Below are positions 36,218-45,968 of a stretch of 64,000 bases of DNA, piece after piece (within the stretch, counting starts at the first letter, position 1; the number at the start of each line of letters is the position of its first letter). The position numbers and the translations under genes are program-made. Source of the stretch: a virus; IMG/VR virus record IMGVR_UViG_3300035228_001078. One strand, given 5' to 3'. The notes beneath the pieces are model-generated. The model saw nothing but the letters and a program-made list of their open reading frames with translations, was not told the DNA's origin and did not search any database.

Positions 36218-39200
36218 TCAGATGGTGATGATTCTCCAACCTTGTGTGCCATCATAGAAGACCAGTTCAAATGCAGCACCCTCAGTGTTAACTGTCAAGT
36301 CTGAAGCGTCTCCCATGATTGGGTTACCGTTTCTACCAATCGTTAATGCGTTTGAATCAAATGTCTTGGCGACATCAAAGATTCTAACAGTATCACCCTT
36401 AACAGGAGATCCAGGTAAGGTAAGTGTGAATCCACCGCTAGTAGTATTACAGAATGCTTGCTGTCTGTTTGCCAATGTGGTTCCATTACCACTGACATCT
36501 ACATTACTGTAAGCACCCAGAGGCAACCAACCAGCACCGTTATAGAATTCAAATCCATCAGAGTCGGTATCATAGCGGAGACCACCTTCGATTAGATCAA
36601 TACCAGTTGGACGCCCAGCTTGGTTACCACGAGGTGGAACAAGAATACCAGAAGTGGTATCCATCTTACCGCGAGTGAGGAAGCCACGAACTGCTTTCTC
36701 AGTAGGACATGCTTGGTTAGAGTCGCCAGATAGGAATTCGTCAGAAGAGAATTCGTTAACTGCTTCACCAATCTGACCACCAATGGCACCCAGTCTCAGT
36801 TCAGAAAGACCTGACAGGTTGAATGCAGAGGCATCCAGGGTAGCAGCACCAGTCAACTGGTTAACAGAGAAGTATTCACCAACTCTGAAGTTACCACCTT
36901 GGTCAGTAGAGACGAAGAAGATCTTACCAGTGTTCAGTACAGTTGTCTCGTTACCCTGAGAAGCTGTGTTCTCGTCAACATTTGGATAATTGGTTGCCGA
37001 AGTGTTACCTGTACCAATTAGCAGGAAGTCATGACCCGTAAGACGAACCTTGGAGAACTTAGATCTCATCAAGAACTCTTGATTATCATACGAAGCAGGA
37101 GCAGATCCTTTAACTGGTGCAATGTTGATCGTTGCACGACCATTTGCTTGGTTAACAGCATTAGTTGCTGCACTTACAAATGTATGGGAACTTGTATTTG
37201 TAGAAGGAATAGTACCTAGTGACTGGAATGAGAATGTATTCAAAGTCGTTGCTGAGATAGCAACTAATGTATTATGTAATTCGTCAGGGCTATTAGCGTT
37301 AACACCCGTGCCTTTCGCACGAGGATATGTTTTGGTTACTGTGTTTCCATCTAGAGCACAAGTAAATGATAACGAGTCAGTCTGTAGTTGAATATTATCT
37401 CCAACCATCATACCGTGACCATTAGATGTCAACTCTACGATACCGTTTGATGGGTTATAAGCACCAGCAGTTGGAGTAAAGTTATTACCAGGAACATAGT
37501 TACTTACAGTTCTGACGATGTATCCAATTGAATCGGAGAATCCTAATCCAACTGTAGTAAATCCAATCGTATCACCAACAAGTGGTGTTGTACTCAGTCC
37601 GACTACTTCAAATAGTCCATCCTTCTGTCCACCAACGGAGTTAGATGCAGATGCAATCTTAACATATCCTGTACCACCAGCACCGACAGAATCAAATTCA
37701 ATGAACTCACCAGGTGTGAAGACAGTAGTACCAACACCAACAGCACCGTTAGCACCATCGGCGTTACCAAATCCAGAATTGTACTTAAAGTACAGTTGAT
37801 CACCAGAGATCTGATTGTTTGTAACTACAGCGCGAGCTCCTGATGTAGCACCACGCATCGTAGCACCAACAGAGATAGTACCGGCAGAAGTACCCACTTG
37901 GGTTGCCATCTTGTCACCAAAGAGGCGAGCAGAGCGAGCAACTTCTAGTGTAGAGAATCCAACAGCTAATGCACCGTATGTACCGTAGGAGTTGTTACCT
38001 GAGAGAGATCTGATTTCAGATCCATCATCAGAAACATAACCGAAAGCACAGTAGTAAGTGAAGGAAGAAACAATCTCAGCAAGAGCATCATCTTCAAGCC
38101 AGAAACCTACACCACCGGAGTGAATGTTGGTAAAGGCATCGAAGACCATCGACTTACCACCTCTACCCTCAGGTTTACCTTCGTGGACACCACCCTCAAT
38201 AAAGATACCTACAGCACCTTCATGTCCAGTACCATCAGTACATACATTAGAGAATGCGGTACAATCTTTAATATAAGGTGAACGCTCAAGAATAGGAGTA
38301 TCAGGATTAAGTCTGAAGTAGACACCACAAGCTGTAGTACCTACACCAACCTTGGGTTGCCACTGATCAGTATTGAAAGGATCATTAGTATCATAATCAA
38401 ATCCTTGCAGACCACGCATCGTGATTGCCTGAACCGTCGTAGAGTCAGACACGAAGAACATCGTGGAACGCTGATTAGGTGTTACACCATCAGTAGCAAA
38501 ACCAGCAGCTGGTTCAACAGTCGTACCTCTCAGAACATCACCAGCAATCGAGAAGTTCTTAGGCAGTGTGATAGGAAGTTGCTCTCTGAATACACCAGCA
38601 GACAACTTCAGAATGATAGGAGATACATCAGTAACCTCACCACCGCTCACATAAGTATGAGCAATCGTAGAGATACCGACATTGGTAGTAAATGAATTGG
38701 AGTCAACTACAGAGTCAACTTTAAAGAAGAATCCTTGTGTACTATCTGGGAAGATAGTAGTTGTGATACCAGCATGAGCTTGGGCACAAGTGAATCCAAT
38801 ACCCTGCAGTTTAACCTGACCCTGTGAGAACAGACCATGAGCAGCAGCAGTAACTGTTGCAATACCGCTAGACTCATCATAAACAAAGTTGGTAATATCT
38901 CTTCTAATCTGACCAGCAGTAGAAGCAAATGAGATAGAACCCCAAGCATTATCAGGTGTAAGACCTGTACTTGTATCCGAACCTTGCTGTGCATCAACAT
39001 AGTATACCTTGGTACGGAGACCAGGATACTGCCACTCAACCTCATCGCTAGAAGAGACTCTTAGATATGTACCTTGCGTACCAATACCCTGTCTCGAAGG
39101 GCCAGTACCATCTCTGGTAAGCAGGTCACCTTTAGTCGTCAGCAGTGCTGCACTATCACCGATAGCGAACGCTGCCCACATGGTAACAGCAGTACCAGGT

Positions 39201-40222
39201 TGGACATTAATGTTAGATGATGCAATCGAGATGTAAGCAGAAGATGCAAACTCAGCGACATCATTAATCTCATATACACCAGAACCACTCCAGGTGCTTC
39301 TCCAATTGAAACCACGGTTAATCAGAGACCAACCATTAATACCAGTATCAACCGATGTAATACCAAGACCTACAGGTCGCTTATCAACTTCAATCTTAAT
39401 ATCGTCAGCAATATATGTAATACCACCAAGGGTTACAGTCTCACCTCTAGAATATGTCTGACTAGGAGCATAGGTAGATCCACCAGCAGTAGCAATACCA
39501 CTGACAAGCAGAGTCCATTCCTGTGGACTGTCGTTAGGTTGAGAAGATAACGGGTTAGTACCAATAGCTACATATGATGCACCTTGGAACTCAACAATGT
39601 CACCTCTCTCGTAACGAGCCAGGGCATCATAGATACCCTCGTTAGTGAAAGCTTTACTGAAGTCTACGAAGTTTGATGATGGAGGATAGAAACCATCCGA
39701 ACCAATACCTGTGAGATCGTGCAGGGATGTAGAGATCCCCTGCATCGATAAGTCTGCAGCGACTTGGAATGGTACTGTTGTTCGGTATTCTTGTCCGCCG
39801 TATCTAACAACATCATTGATGCCGTAGTAGGAGTTCGTAGTAAAGGCACCTCGGAAGTTCAGTCCCTCGCCGTAGAGCTCCCAGTATGCCGGGAAATCAC
39901 TACTGTACCAGTTACTTTGGACACCGGTCGAAGTGTGTTGAGCCGTACAGATGTATTGATTACCGCCTTCCTTGACGATATCGTTTACAACATATCCGGT
40001 ACTGACTGACCATTCGCCAGCATAATTCTGTCCCTCCGTATGAAGGTCCCAGTAGGTATTGTCGTTGGGAAATCCGGTAGAGCTGGCATCTGAGGTGTGG
40101 TTCCCTGTACATACATAGGAACTTGCACCGAATCTAACGATGTCATCAATAATGAATGCGGTAGAGGGTGCCCAGGCACCACGCCAGTTAAATTTCAGTC
40201 TACCAAGTCTAAATTCTGCCAT
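36218..40222 (-). CDS. large tail fibre/spike protein with carbohydrate-binding repeats and pectin-lyase-like beta-helix
   Basis: MAEFRLGR.KF.W.G.W, repeated W....Y..NDVV..GG..Y modules, SPYIKDCT region, C-terminal TLTLP.SP..GD fibre domain. Confidence 0.8.
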   Translation of the reverse strand: MAEFRLGRLKFNWRGAWAPSTAFIIDDIVRFGASSYVCTGNHTSDASSTGFPNDNTYWDLHTEGQNYAGEWSVSTGYVVNDIVKEGGNQYICTAQHTSTGVQSNWYSSDFPAYWELYGEGLNFRGAFTTNSYYGINDVVRYGGQEYRTTVPFQVAADLSMQGISTSLHDLTGIGSDGFYPPSSNFVDFSKAFTNEGIYDALARYERGDIVEFQGASYVAIGTNPLSSQPNDSPQEWTLLVSGIATAGGSTYAPSQTYSRGETVTLGGITYIADDIKIEVDKRPVGLGITSVDTGINGWSLINRGFNWRSTWSGSGVYEINDVAEFASSAYISIASSNINVQPGTAVTMWAAFAIGDSAALLTTKGDLLTRDGTGPSRQGIGTQGTYLRVSSSDEVEWQYPGLRTKVYYVDAQQGSDTSTGLTPDNAWGSISFASTAGQIRRDITNFVYDESSGIATVTAAAHGLFSQGQVKLQGIGFTCAQAHAGITTTIFPDSTQGFFFKVDSVVDSNSFTTNVGISTIAHTYVSGGEVTDVSPIILKLSAGVFREQLPITLPKNFSIAGDVLRGTTVEPAAGFATDGVTPNQRSTMFFVSDSTTVQAITMRGLQGFDYDTNDPFNTDQWQPKVGVGTTACGVYFRLNPDTPILERSPYIKDCTAFSNVCTDGTGHEGAVGIFIEGGVHEGKPEGRGGKSMVFDAFTNIHSGGVGFWLEDDALAEIVSSFTYYCAFGYVSDDGSEIRSLSGNNSYGTYGALAVGFSTLEVARSARLFGDKMATQVGTSAGTISVGATMRGATSGARAVVTNNQISGDQLYFKYNSGFGNADGANGAVGVGTTVFTPGEFIEFDSVGAGGTGYVKIASASNSVGGQKDGLFEVVGLSTTPLVGDTIGFTTVGLGFSDSIGYIVRTVSNYVPGNNFTPTAGAYNPSNGIVELTSNGHGMMVGDNIQLQTDSLSFTCALDGNTVTKTYPRAKGTGVNANSPDELHNTLVAISATTLNTFSFQSLGTIPSTNTSSHTFVSAATNAVNQANGRATINIAPVKGSAPASYDNQEFLMRSKFSKVRLTGHDFLLIGTGNTSATNYPNVDENTASQGNETTVLNTGKIFFVSTDQGGNFRVGEYFSVNQLTGAATLDASAFNLSGLSELRLGAIGGQIGEAVNEFSSDEFLSGDSNQACPTEKAVRGFLTRGKMDTTSGILVPPRGNQAGRPTGIDLIEGGLRYDTDSDGFEFYNGAGWLPLGAYSNVDVSGNGTTLANRQQAFCNTTSGGFTLTLPGSPVKGDTVRIFDVAKTFDSNALTIGRNGNPIMGDASDLTVNTEGAAFELVFYDGTQGWRIITI

Positions 40223-40234
40223 TGTAGGTTCTCG

Positions 40235-40585
40235 TTAAACAGGTTCAGAGTATGAGTGGGTTCCATTAACCTGAAGGACTAGATATCCATCAGCGTCTAG
40301 GTAATAAAAAAGGTTGCGCCTGTCAAAGCGTATCTGTTGATATTTATCTTGCGGATTATTAGCAAGTCGCTTCTGCTCAGTAGTCTCTTCGACATAATCA
40401 TCATAGTCACCAAACTCTTCAACCTGTGTCCCGTCTAAACGGAACGGATCAAAAGATTCAGATGTGGATGCAGTGCTCACTTTAGTAAAAAACAGCATGT
40501 CGTCTGCGTCTCTTCTCAAAGCGTAGACATAATAGCCCGTCGAATCCTGTGGTTGGAAGTGGGCGTTACTTAAAGTTAAAGCCAT
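40235..40585 (-). CDS. virion structural protein (fibre-associated)
   Basis: YALRRD, YQQ.RFD...L.YY.D.DG.LV; in the fibre operon. Confidence 0.65.
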   Translation of the reverse strand: MALTLSNAHFQPQDSTGYYVYALRRDADDMLFFTKVSTASTSESFDPFRLDGTQVEEFGDYDDYVEETTEQKRLANNPQDKYQQIRFDRRNLFYYLDADGYLVLQVNGTHSYSEPV

Positions 40586-41055
40586 TAGCTAATAATTCTC
40601 CAATAACTGCCAGTCCACAACAGCATTACAGTGATACCAGAAACATCAAGGTTCACAGGACCATCATCAATATTACCAATCGCATCTTTAAATTGATGCG
40701 CTGATGAGGTCAATATAACATTATTTATATTCCAATTTTGTGCGCCATCTGCGATCTCAATACTATCGCCAACTGACAAGTTAACGATAGGCATAGTCGC
40801 GTTAATAACGCCAGAAGAAGTAGTACCAAGGTATCTCTTGTTGACAACCAACTGAGTTGTCAAAGGACCAGTCAGCTCGGTAAAAACAGGAGTAGCACCA
40901 GTTGCTGCTTGAGCAACTGTTTCTACATTGTTACCCGATCTAATGTAGATTTTCTGGTCAACTATATTAATAGCCATTTCACCATCTTCCAGATCTATAA
41001 GACCAGGAATTTGACCTTGCGTGGTACTTCGTTTTGGTTTAATGCGTGTAGGCAT
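40585..41055 (-). CDS. short fibre-associated protein
   Basis: IKPKRS....P....L.DGE.A.N..D.K.Y fibre N-terminal motif; C-terminus resembles that of 36218-40222; ATAAATA at 41085-41091. Confidence 0.7.
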   Translation of the reverse strand: MPTRIKPKRSTTQGQIPGLIDLEDGEMAINIVDQKIYIRSGNNVETVAQAATGATPVFTELTGPLTTQLVVNKRYLGTTSSGVINATMPIVNLSVGDSIEIADGAQNWNINNVILTSSAHQFKDAIGNIDDGPVNLDVSGITVMLLWTGSYWRIIS

Positions 41056-41080
41056 TATGGTTTACGAAATAGTGTGCGTC

Positions 41081-41659
41081 CTAGTATTTATCATAAAGAT
41101 TAAACGCAAGTGAATACCTTGGTTCTCTTGACCTGTTTTCATCAACATGATGTGCCAGGGATCCAGGGAAGAGCATCATCATTCCTGCCGTTGGTTCGTA
41201 GGACCATGTTGTAACTTGAAGTTCTGCTAGAGAGTGATTGTCGTGATGATGAAAAGTAAATTCGCCAGAGTTCTGAGGGAAATCAATCCACAGAACTCCA
41301 GCTAAAGGACACCCAGGATGGGTGTGTTGTGAGTTATAACATCCAGTATGATTAATATTAAACCACATATTAGATAGTTTATATTGATTATCCCAGGAAA
41401 CATATTCATGTTCCCTGTAAGTTTCAATCATTTTATCTACCCTATCTTCAATGTAGGATAAGAATTTATCGAACGATGGTTCTAAGTAAAAATTATCTGG
41501 ACTTTGATACCCATTCACATTACTCCTATTATTTCCCTTATGCTTTAACGAATAAGAATCCATCCAGTCCATGATGTCACCTTGAATAGTAGATTCAAAG
41601 TTCTTATCTTCATCATGGACAACGATATAGGGAAGGACTTTATGTGTAACGGGACTCAT
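41081..41659 (-). CDS. 2OG-Fe(II) oxygenase (TIGR02466-like)
   Basis: SN..GYQS, WFNIN, HTHP, FPG.L.H.V, R.SLAFN. Confidence 0.85.
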   Translation of the reverse strand: MSPVTHKVLPYIVVHDEDKNFESTIQGDIMDWMDSYSLKHKGNNRSNVNGYQSPDNFYLEPSFDKFLSYIEDRVDKMIETYREHEYVSWDNQYKLSNMWFNINHTGCYNSQHTHPGCPLAGVLWIDFPQNSGEFTFHHHDNHSLAELQVTTWSYEPTAGMMMLFPGSLAHHVDENRSREPRYSLAFNLYDKY

Positions 41660-42321
41660 TATTTAATATAATCGTTTTCAACCAGGTACTTACGAGTCAA
41701 TGGAGTTGGTTCATATACCTTCCACATCTCACCACCAGCACAAGCAGATAGTGCAGCTTGTGTCATACCTTCTGTACGACCTGCCCACTGTGCTTCTGCT
41801 TCCCATGGCACAGCATTTTTTGGGTATGTACGCTCTGCCATCACACGCCAGATCATTGGCACTTCATCTTCAGGTTTGATAATAGCAATCAAACTATTCT
41901 GAATAGTTCCTGCCATACAATCCTGAGCAGCGTGCCATCCTTCATGCCGCATGAGCATCATCAGCGTGCTAGGCTCATCCATATACCTTTTATTCAGATA
42001 AAAGTTATTACTTACGGTATGATAAACACCACGATGCATTACTGGGAAGTAACGAGAATCAGCAAGATATACATTGACACCAATCTGATTCAGTGTCACC
42101 AACAGTTGGTTGAACTCGTTTGCAAATGGCGTGTAACGCTCTGGATCTTTGTATTTTGTTGAGATATCAATAAGAGAATATACTTCTTCCACATCTTTTG
42201 TACACTCACGCAAGAGCATACAACCCATGGAGTCCATGGAGTTAAATCCCCTTGTGATTTTATCTTCACCAGCAAAAACTGGTGATGCTGCTAGCAATAA
42301 GGCAAGTAGAACTTTTTTCAT
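41659..42321 (-). CDS. signal-peptide-bearing protein with HExxH metallopeptidase motif
   Basis: MKKVLLALLLAASPVFA; RHEGWHAAQDC...WEAEA. Confidence 0.65.
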   Translation of the reverse strand: MKKVLLALLLAASPVFAGEDKITRGFNSMDSMGCMLLRECTKDVEEVYSLIDISTKYKDPERYTPFANEFNQLLVTLNQIGVNVYLADSRYFPVMHRGVYHTVSNNFYLNKRYMDEPSTLMMLMRHEGWHAAQDCMAGTIQNSLIAIIKPEDEVPMIWRVMAERTYPKNAVPWEAEAQWAGRTEGMTQAALSACAGGEMWKVYEPTPLTRKYLVENDYIK

Positions 42322-42587
42322 ACTGAAAATTCTTCCAATGTCGATTCAGGTAATTTTTGTTGAAGCTTTTGTTCACCCACTATGAATTCATAGGGTAGTC
42401 CTAGTTGTCCTGGTAATTGATAATCTGTTGTAGCAGTAACATCAATTACTTGGTCTTGGAGATACTTAGTCTTGTGATAGGTCCTGCCAGGAACCATAGC
42501 ACAAAGACGAGCAGCATCTCGTTCCAATCCACAGTCTGCATACTTCCTACCGTCAGGAGTATAGACCGTCCAGTATTCTGATTGCAT
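42318..42587 (-). CDS. hypothetical protein
   Basis: ORF in operon. Confidence 0.6.
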   Translation of the reverse strand: MQSEYWTVYTPDGRKYADCGLERDAARLCAMVPGRTYHKTKYLQDQVIDVTATTDYQLPGQLGLPYEFIVGEQKLQQKLPESTLEEFSV

Positions 42588-42613
42588 AAAAAAAGAGGGG
42601 GGTGTTCCCCTCT
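42588..42613 (-). terminator. intrinsic terminator
   Basis: AGAGGGG-AACACC-CCCCTCT followed by T tract. Confidence 0.7.
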
Positions 42614-42707
42614 AATTATAACACATTTTATCTGCATTGGCACGAGATGGTGGTCTGAATGGACAGTCTGGACACCCAGCACCACAACATCCTCTATTCT
42701 TTGTCAT
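42612..42707 (-). CDS. 31-aa Cys-rich microprotein (not in ORF track)
   Basis: MTKNRGCCGAGCPDCPFRPPSRANADKMCYN; start overlaps the upstream gene end, stop sits at the terminator. Confidence 0.55.
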   Translation of the reverse strand: MTKNRGCCGAGCPDCPFRPPSRANADKMCYN

Positions 42708-42912
42708 AGAGTTGTTCCAGTTTTTCTCTAGAGAGATCTACATACATCAATTCTTCACCTGCTTGTGGTGCTTCAGGATGCTTTGGCTTACGAGGATTAC
42801 TAATATCTATAGTATTAATAGATTGAATGTTAGCCCACATCATAGCGAAGGCACCACCAGCAATCAGAGAAAAGCATACAAAATAAAGAAGGACTTCAAA
42901 ACTATTCATCAT
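42694..42912 (-). CDS. small membrane protein (DUF2973-like)
   Basis: TM helix then HPEAP..GEELMYV. Confidence 0.7.
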   Translation of the reverse strand: MMNSFEVLLYFVCFSLIAGGAFAMMWANIQSINTIDISNPRKPKHPEAPQAGEELMYVDLSREKLEQLYDKE

Positions 42913-43154
42913 GCTTCCTGAAGAGATTGAACTGTGTTGTGAAGTTCTCCAATATCACGGAGACCTTCAACGCTGAACCATGGGGCATTTGCCCAACTGA
43001 ATCCTTCACCCATGGTGCTATCGGGTGCCGTAATATACCAATGACAAGCTGTGTCTGGTACATCTACTGCACACTTAGACCAATCGTCACTCCACTGTGG
43101 GACTTGTACCCACATAATGGCAGCAAACATAAGACTGAAGAGTGATTTAATCAT
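42909..43154 (-). CDS. hypothetical secreted/membrane protein
   Basis: hydrophobic N-terminus, Trp-rich, 2 Cys. Confidence 0.65.
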   Translation of the reverse strand: MIKSLFSLMFAAIMWVQVPQWSDDWSKCAVDVPDTACHWYITAPDSTMGEGFSWANAPWFSVEGLRDIGELHNTVQSLQEA

Positions 43155-43545
43155 TTGTGAGTCTCCTCATTATGAGGTGGTCTATTGAGAAATTACCAGC
43201 GCCAGTTAGAAGAACACATGCTGCACCTCCCCAGTAAAGAACTAGGAGTTCTAACAAGTAGATATTAAATCCACCTGTCATAACAGCATGATAGATTGCA
43301 AAGGACATAGTGCCTAGGATTGCCAAGGCACCCAGTAGAGTGCCAAGTCCAAAGATAATCATCCAACTTCCTACAATCTCAGAAAATGCTGCGATGTAGG
43401 AGAAGAAGATTGGGAATGGAAGATGTAATGGTCTTACAAATGCATCCGCAAAGTTTTCAATGTTCTCTAGTTTCTCGTAACCATGATGGATAAGCATGAT
43501 GCCTAACGCTAAACGAAGTATCAAGAGTCCTAGAGATTTAATCAT
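43147..43545 (-). CDS. DoxX-family membrane protein
   Basis: LR...G..L..HG..KL, E..G, GAG.FS.D. Confidence 0.88.
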   Translation of the reverse strand: MIKSLGLLILRLALGIMLIHHGYEKLENIENFADAFVRPLHLPFPIFFSYIAAFSEIVGSWMIIFGLGTLLGALAILGTMSFAIYHAVMTGGFNIYLLELLVLYWGGAACVLLTGAGNFSIDHLIMRRLTND

Positions 43546-44600
43546 AGTGCATTACCACGAGGTAGAACTTCTTCGGGGAAGATGAAGTTTTCATGAGGCT
43601 GATCAGCAGGTGCCATCCAAGCACGGAGCCCTTCATTCAAAAGAATATTCTTTGTGTAGAAGGTCTCAAATTCTGGATCTTCCGCTGCACGAATCTCCTG
43701 AGATACGAAGTCGTAAGCACGAAGATTAAGAGCGAGTCCAACAATACCGATAGAAGCAGTCCAGAGACCCATGACGGGCACGAAGAGCATAAAGAAATGC
43801 AACCAACGCTTGTTACTAAAAGCAATACCGAAGATCTGTGACCAGAAACGGTTCGCAGTAACCATCGAGTAAGTCTCCTCCTCTTGCGTAGGTTCAAAAG
43901 CCTTGAAAGTATTTGATTGTTCTCCATCTTCAAACAGAGTGTTTTCTACAGTGGCACCATGAATAGCACAAAGCAAAGCACCGCCGAGAATACCTGCCAC
44001 TCCCATCATATGGAAAGGGTTGAGCGTCCAGTTATGGAAACCCTGTAGGAAGAGTAAGAATCTAAATATCGCAGCAACACCAAACGACGGTGCAAAGAAC
44101 CAACTGGACTGTCCGAGTGGGTAGAGGAGAAACACACTGACAAAAACAGCGATAGGCCCAGAGAACGCAATAGCATTGTACGGTCTAATTCCTACGAGAC
44201 GACTGATTTCAAACTGTCTAAGCATGAAACCAATGAGAGCGAAGGCACCGTGGAGAGCCACGAAATTCCATAGTCCCCCAAGCTGGCACCACCTGACGAA
44301 ACTGCCCTGAGCTTCAGGACCCCAAAGTAGAAGAAGAGAATGACCCATAGCATCAGCAGGCGTCGAGACAGCCGCTGTGAGAAAGTTAGCACCCTCAAGA
44401 TAGGAACTAGCGAGTCCGTGGGTGTACCAGCTCGTAACAAAAGTTGTGCCAGTAAGCCAGCCACCAATGGCCAAATAAGCAGTGGGAAGAAGTAGTAGTC
44501 CAGACCAGCCCACAAAGACAAAGCGATCCCGTTTAAGCCAGTCATCAAGGATATCAAACCATCCCCTCCGTTGTGTTGGTTGTAATGTAGAAGCAACCAT
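43542..44600 (-). CDS. psbD: photosystem II D2 protein
   Basis: [16 protein letters not shown] ... [10 protein letters not shown]; full length, no intron. Confidence 0.99.
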   Translation of the reverse strand: MVASTLQPTQRRGWFDILDDWLKRDRFVFVGWSGLLLLPTAYLAIGGWLTGTTFVTSWYTHGLASSYLEGANFLTAAVSTPADAMGHSLLLLWGPEAQGSFVRWCQLGGLWNFVALHGAFALIGFMLRQFEISRLVGIRPYNAIAFSGPIAVFVSVFLLYPLGQSSWFFAPSFGVAAIFRFLLFLQGFHNWTLNPFHMMGVAGILGGALLCAIHGATVENTLFEDGEQSNTFKAFEPTQEEETYSMVTANRFWSQIFGIAFSNKRWLHFFMLFVPVMGLWTASIGIVGLALNLRAYDFVSQEIRAAEDPEFETFYTKNILLNEGLRAWMAPADQPHENFIFPEEVLPRGNAL

Positions 44601-44613
44601 TTTGAATGAACCT

Positions 44614-44631
44614 TTTACTAAACTTTACATA
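44614..44631. promoter_or_regulatory. HLR1-like (RpaB) direct repeat upstream of psbD
   Basis: TTTACTAA-AC-TTTACATA on + strand. Confidence 0.45.
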
Positions 44632-44638
44632 TAAAGAG

Positions 44639-44664
44639 AAAAGAAAAGGGACCCGAAGGTCCCT
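44639..44664 (-). terminator. intrinsic terminator after psbA
   Basis: AGGGACC-TTCG-GGTCCCT followed by TTTCTTTT. Confidence 0.85.
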
Positions 44665-44689
44665 ATTCGATTTGTTATTGATACCAGTA

Positions 44690-45772
44690 TCAACCGATAG
44701 CAGGTGCGATAAGTGCAACAGGAGTTGACTCAACAGCTGCCAGGTCAAGTGGGAAGTTGTGAGCGTTACGCTCATGCATTACTTCCATACCGAGACCAGC
44801 ACGGTTCAGTACATCTGCCCAGGTGTTCAGTACACGACCTTGACCATCGAGGATGGACTGGTTGAAGTTGAAACCATTGAGGTTGAATGCCATGGTGCTT
44901 ACGCCCAGTGCAGTGAACCAGATTCCAACGACAGGCCATGCTGCCAGGAAGAAGTGAAGTGAACGGGAGTTGTTGAATGATGCGTATTGGAAGATCAAAC
45001 GACCGAAGTAGCCATGGGCTGCAACGATGTTATAGGTCTCTTCCTCTTGACCGAACTTGTAACCGTAGTTCTGTGACTCTGTTTCAGTTGTTTCACGAAC
45101 AAGTGAGGAAGTAACGAGACTTCCGTGCATAGCAGAGAAAAGAGATCCACCGAATACCCCAGCAACACCGAGCATGTGGAACGGGTGCATAAGGATATTG
45201 TGTTCTGCTTGGAATACAAGCATGTAGTTAAAAGTACCAGAGATACCAAGAGGCATAGCATCGGAGAATGAACCTTGACCGAAAGGATAGACGAGGAATA
45301 CTGCACTCGCTGCAGCTACTGGTGCCGAGTAGGCAACACAGATCCATGGACGCATACCTAAACGGTAAGAAAGTTCCCACTCACGACCCATGTAGCAGAA
45401 GATGCCAATGAGGAAGTGAAAGATTACGAGTTGGAAAGGACCACCATTATACAGCCACTCATCAAGTGATGCGGCTTCCCAGATGGGATAGAAGTGAAGA
45501 CCAATTGCGTTGGAAGATGGAACAACTGCACCAGAGATGATGTTGTTACCATACATGAGTGAACCAGCTACGGGTTCACGGATGCCGTCGATGTCCACAG
45601 GGGGAGCAGCGACGAAGGCGATGATGAAACAGATGGTTGCTGCCAACAGAGTTGGGATCATCAGTACGCCGAACCAACCGACATAGAGGCGGTTATTGGT
45701 AGAAGTTACCCACTCGCAGAACGAATCCCACGCGGAGGTTGTTTGTTGTTGTTGAAGTGTAGCGTTAGCCAT
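44690..45772 (-). CDS. psbA: photosystem II D1 protein (E130 type)
   Basis: [15 protein letters not shown] ... [14 protein letters not shown]; YMGREWE; no intron. Confidence 0.99.
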   Translation of the reverse strand: MANATLQQQQTTSAWDSFCEWVTSTNNRLYVGWFGVLMIPTLLAATICFIIAFVAAPPVDIDGIREPVAGSLMYGNNIISGAVVPSSNAIGLHFYPIWEAASLDEWLYNGGPFQLVIFHFLIGIFCYMGREWELSYRLGMRPWICVAYSAPVAAASAVFLVYPFGQGSFSDAMPLGISGTFNYMLVFQAEHNILMHPFHMLGVAGVFGGSLFSAMHGSLVTSSLVRETTETESQNYGYKFGQEEETYNIVAAHGYFGRLIFQYASFNNSRSLHFFLAAWPVVGIWFTALGVSTMAFNLNGFNFNQSILDGQGRVLNTWADVLNRAGLGMEVMHERNAHNFPLDLAAVESTPVALIAPAIG

Positions 45773-45786
45773 TGAATTGAAAAAAG

Positions 45787-45892
45787 TAAGATCATCAGGG
45801 AAATGATGGTTTTACTATTCCTGTCTCACCCTTAGAGGCAGGTATGAAAGACTGTTTTTTAGACACGCTGTTTAGTCTTGGTAAGGCGTGTT
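45787..45892 (-). ncRNA. structured psbA leader, PhotoRC-II-like RNA motif
   Basis: ACACGC..GCGTGT stem enclosing AAGACT complementary to downstream AGTCTT; CCTG..CAGG and CATCA..TGATG stems; directly 5' of psbA. Confidence 0.65.
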
Positions 45893-45934
45893 ACGAACCG
45901 TTAAGGAATGTGTTGGTTCCTTAACCTCTCGACT

Positions 45935-45968
45935 TATTTATAATAACAGAAAAGTGTCGTGGTGTCAA
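45935..45968 (-). promoter_or_regulatory. composite psbA promoter: sigma70 plus T4 late TATAAATA
   Basis: TTGACA-N17-TATTAT overlapping TATAAATA (45942-45935). Confidence 0.75.

Noticed and set aside
39660-40200. Apparently higher GC at the 5' end of the big fibre gene (possible module swap or DGR target)
   Set aside because: Not quantifiable by eye; no template repeat or reverse transcriptase seen in the window
42446-42921. ORF-track calls 42446-42685 (-) and 42637-42921 (+)
   Set aside because: One crosses a terminator and the other is antisense; the 31-aa Cys-rich frame explains the gap better
43593-45306. Overlapping ORFs and possible introns or homing endonucleases in psbD/psbA
   Set aside because: Both genes are uninterrupted and of normal length; the overlapping ORFs are frame shadows
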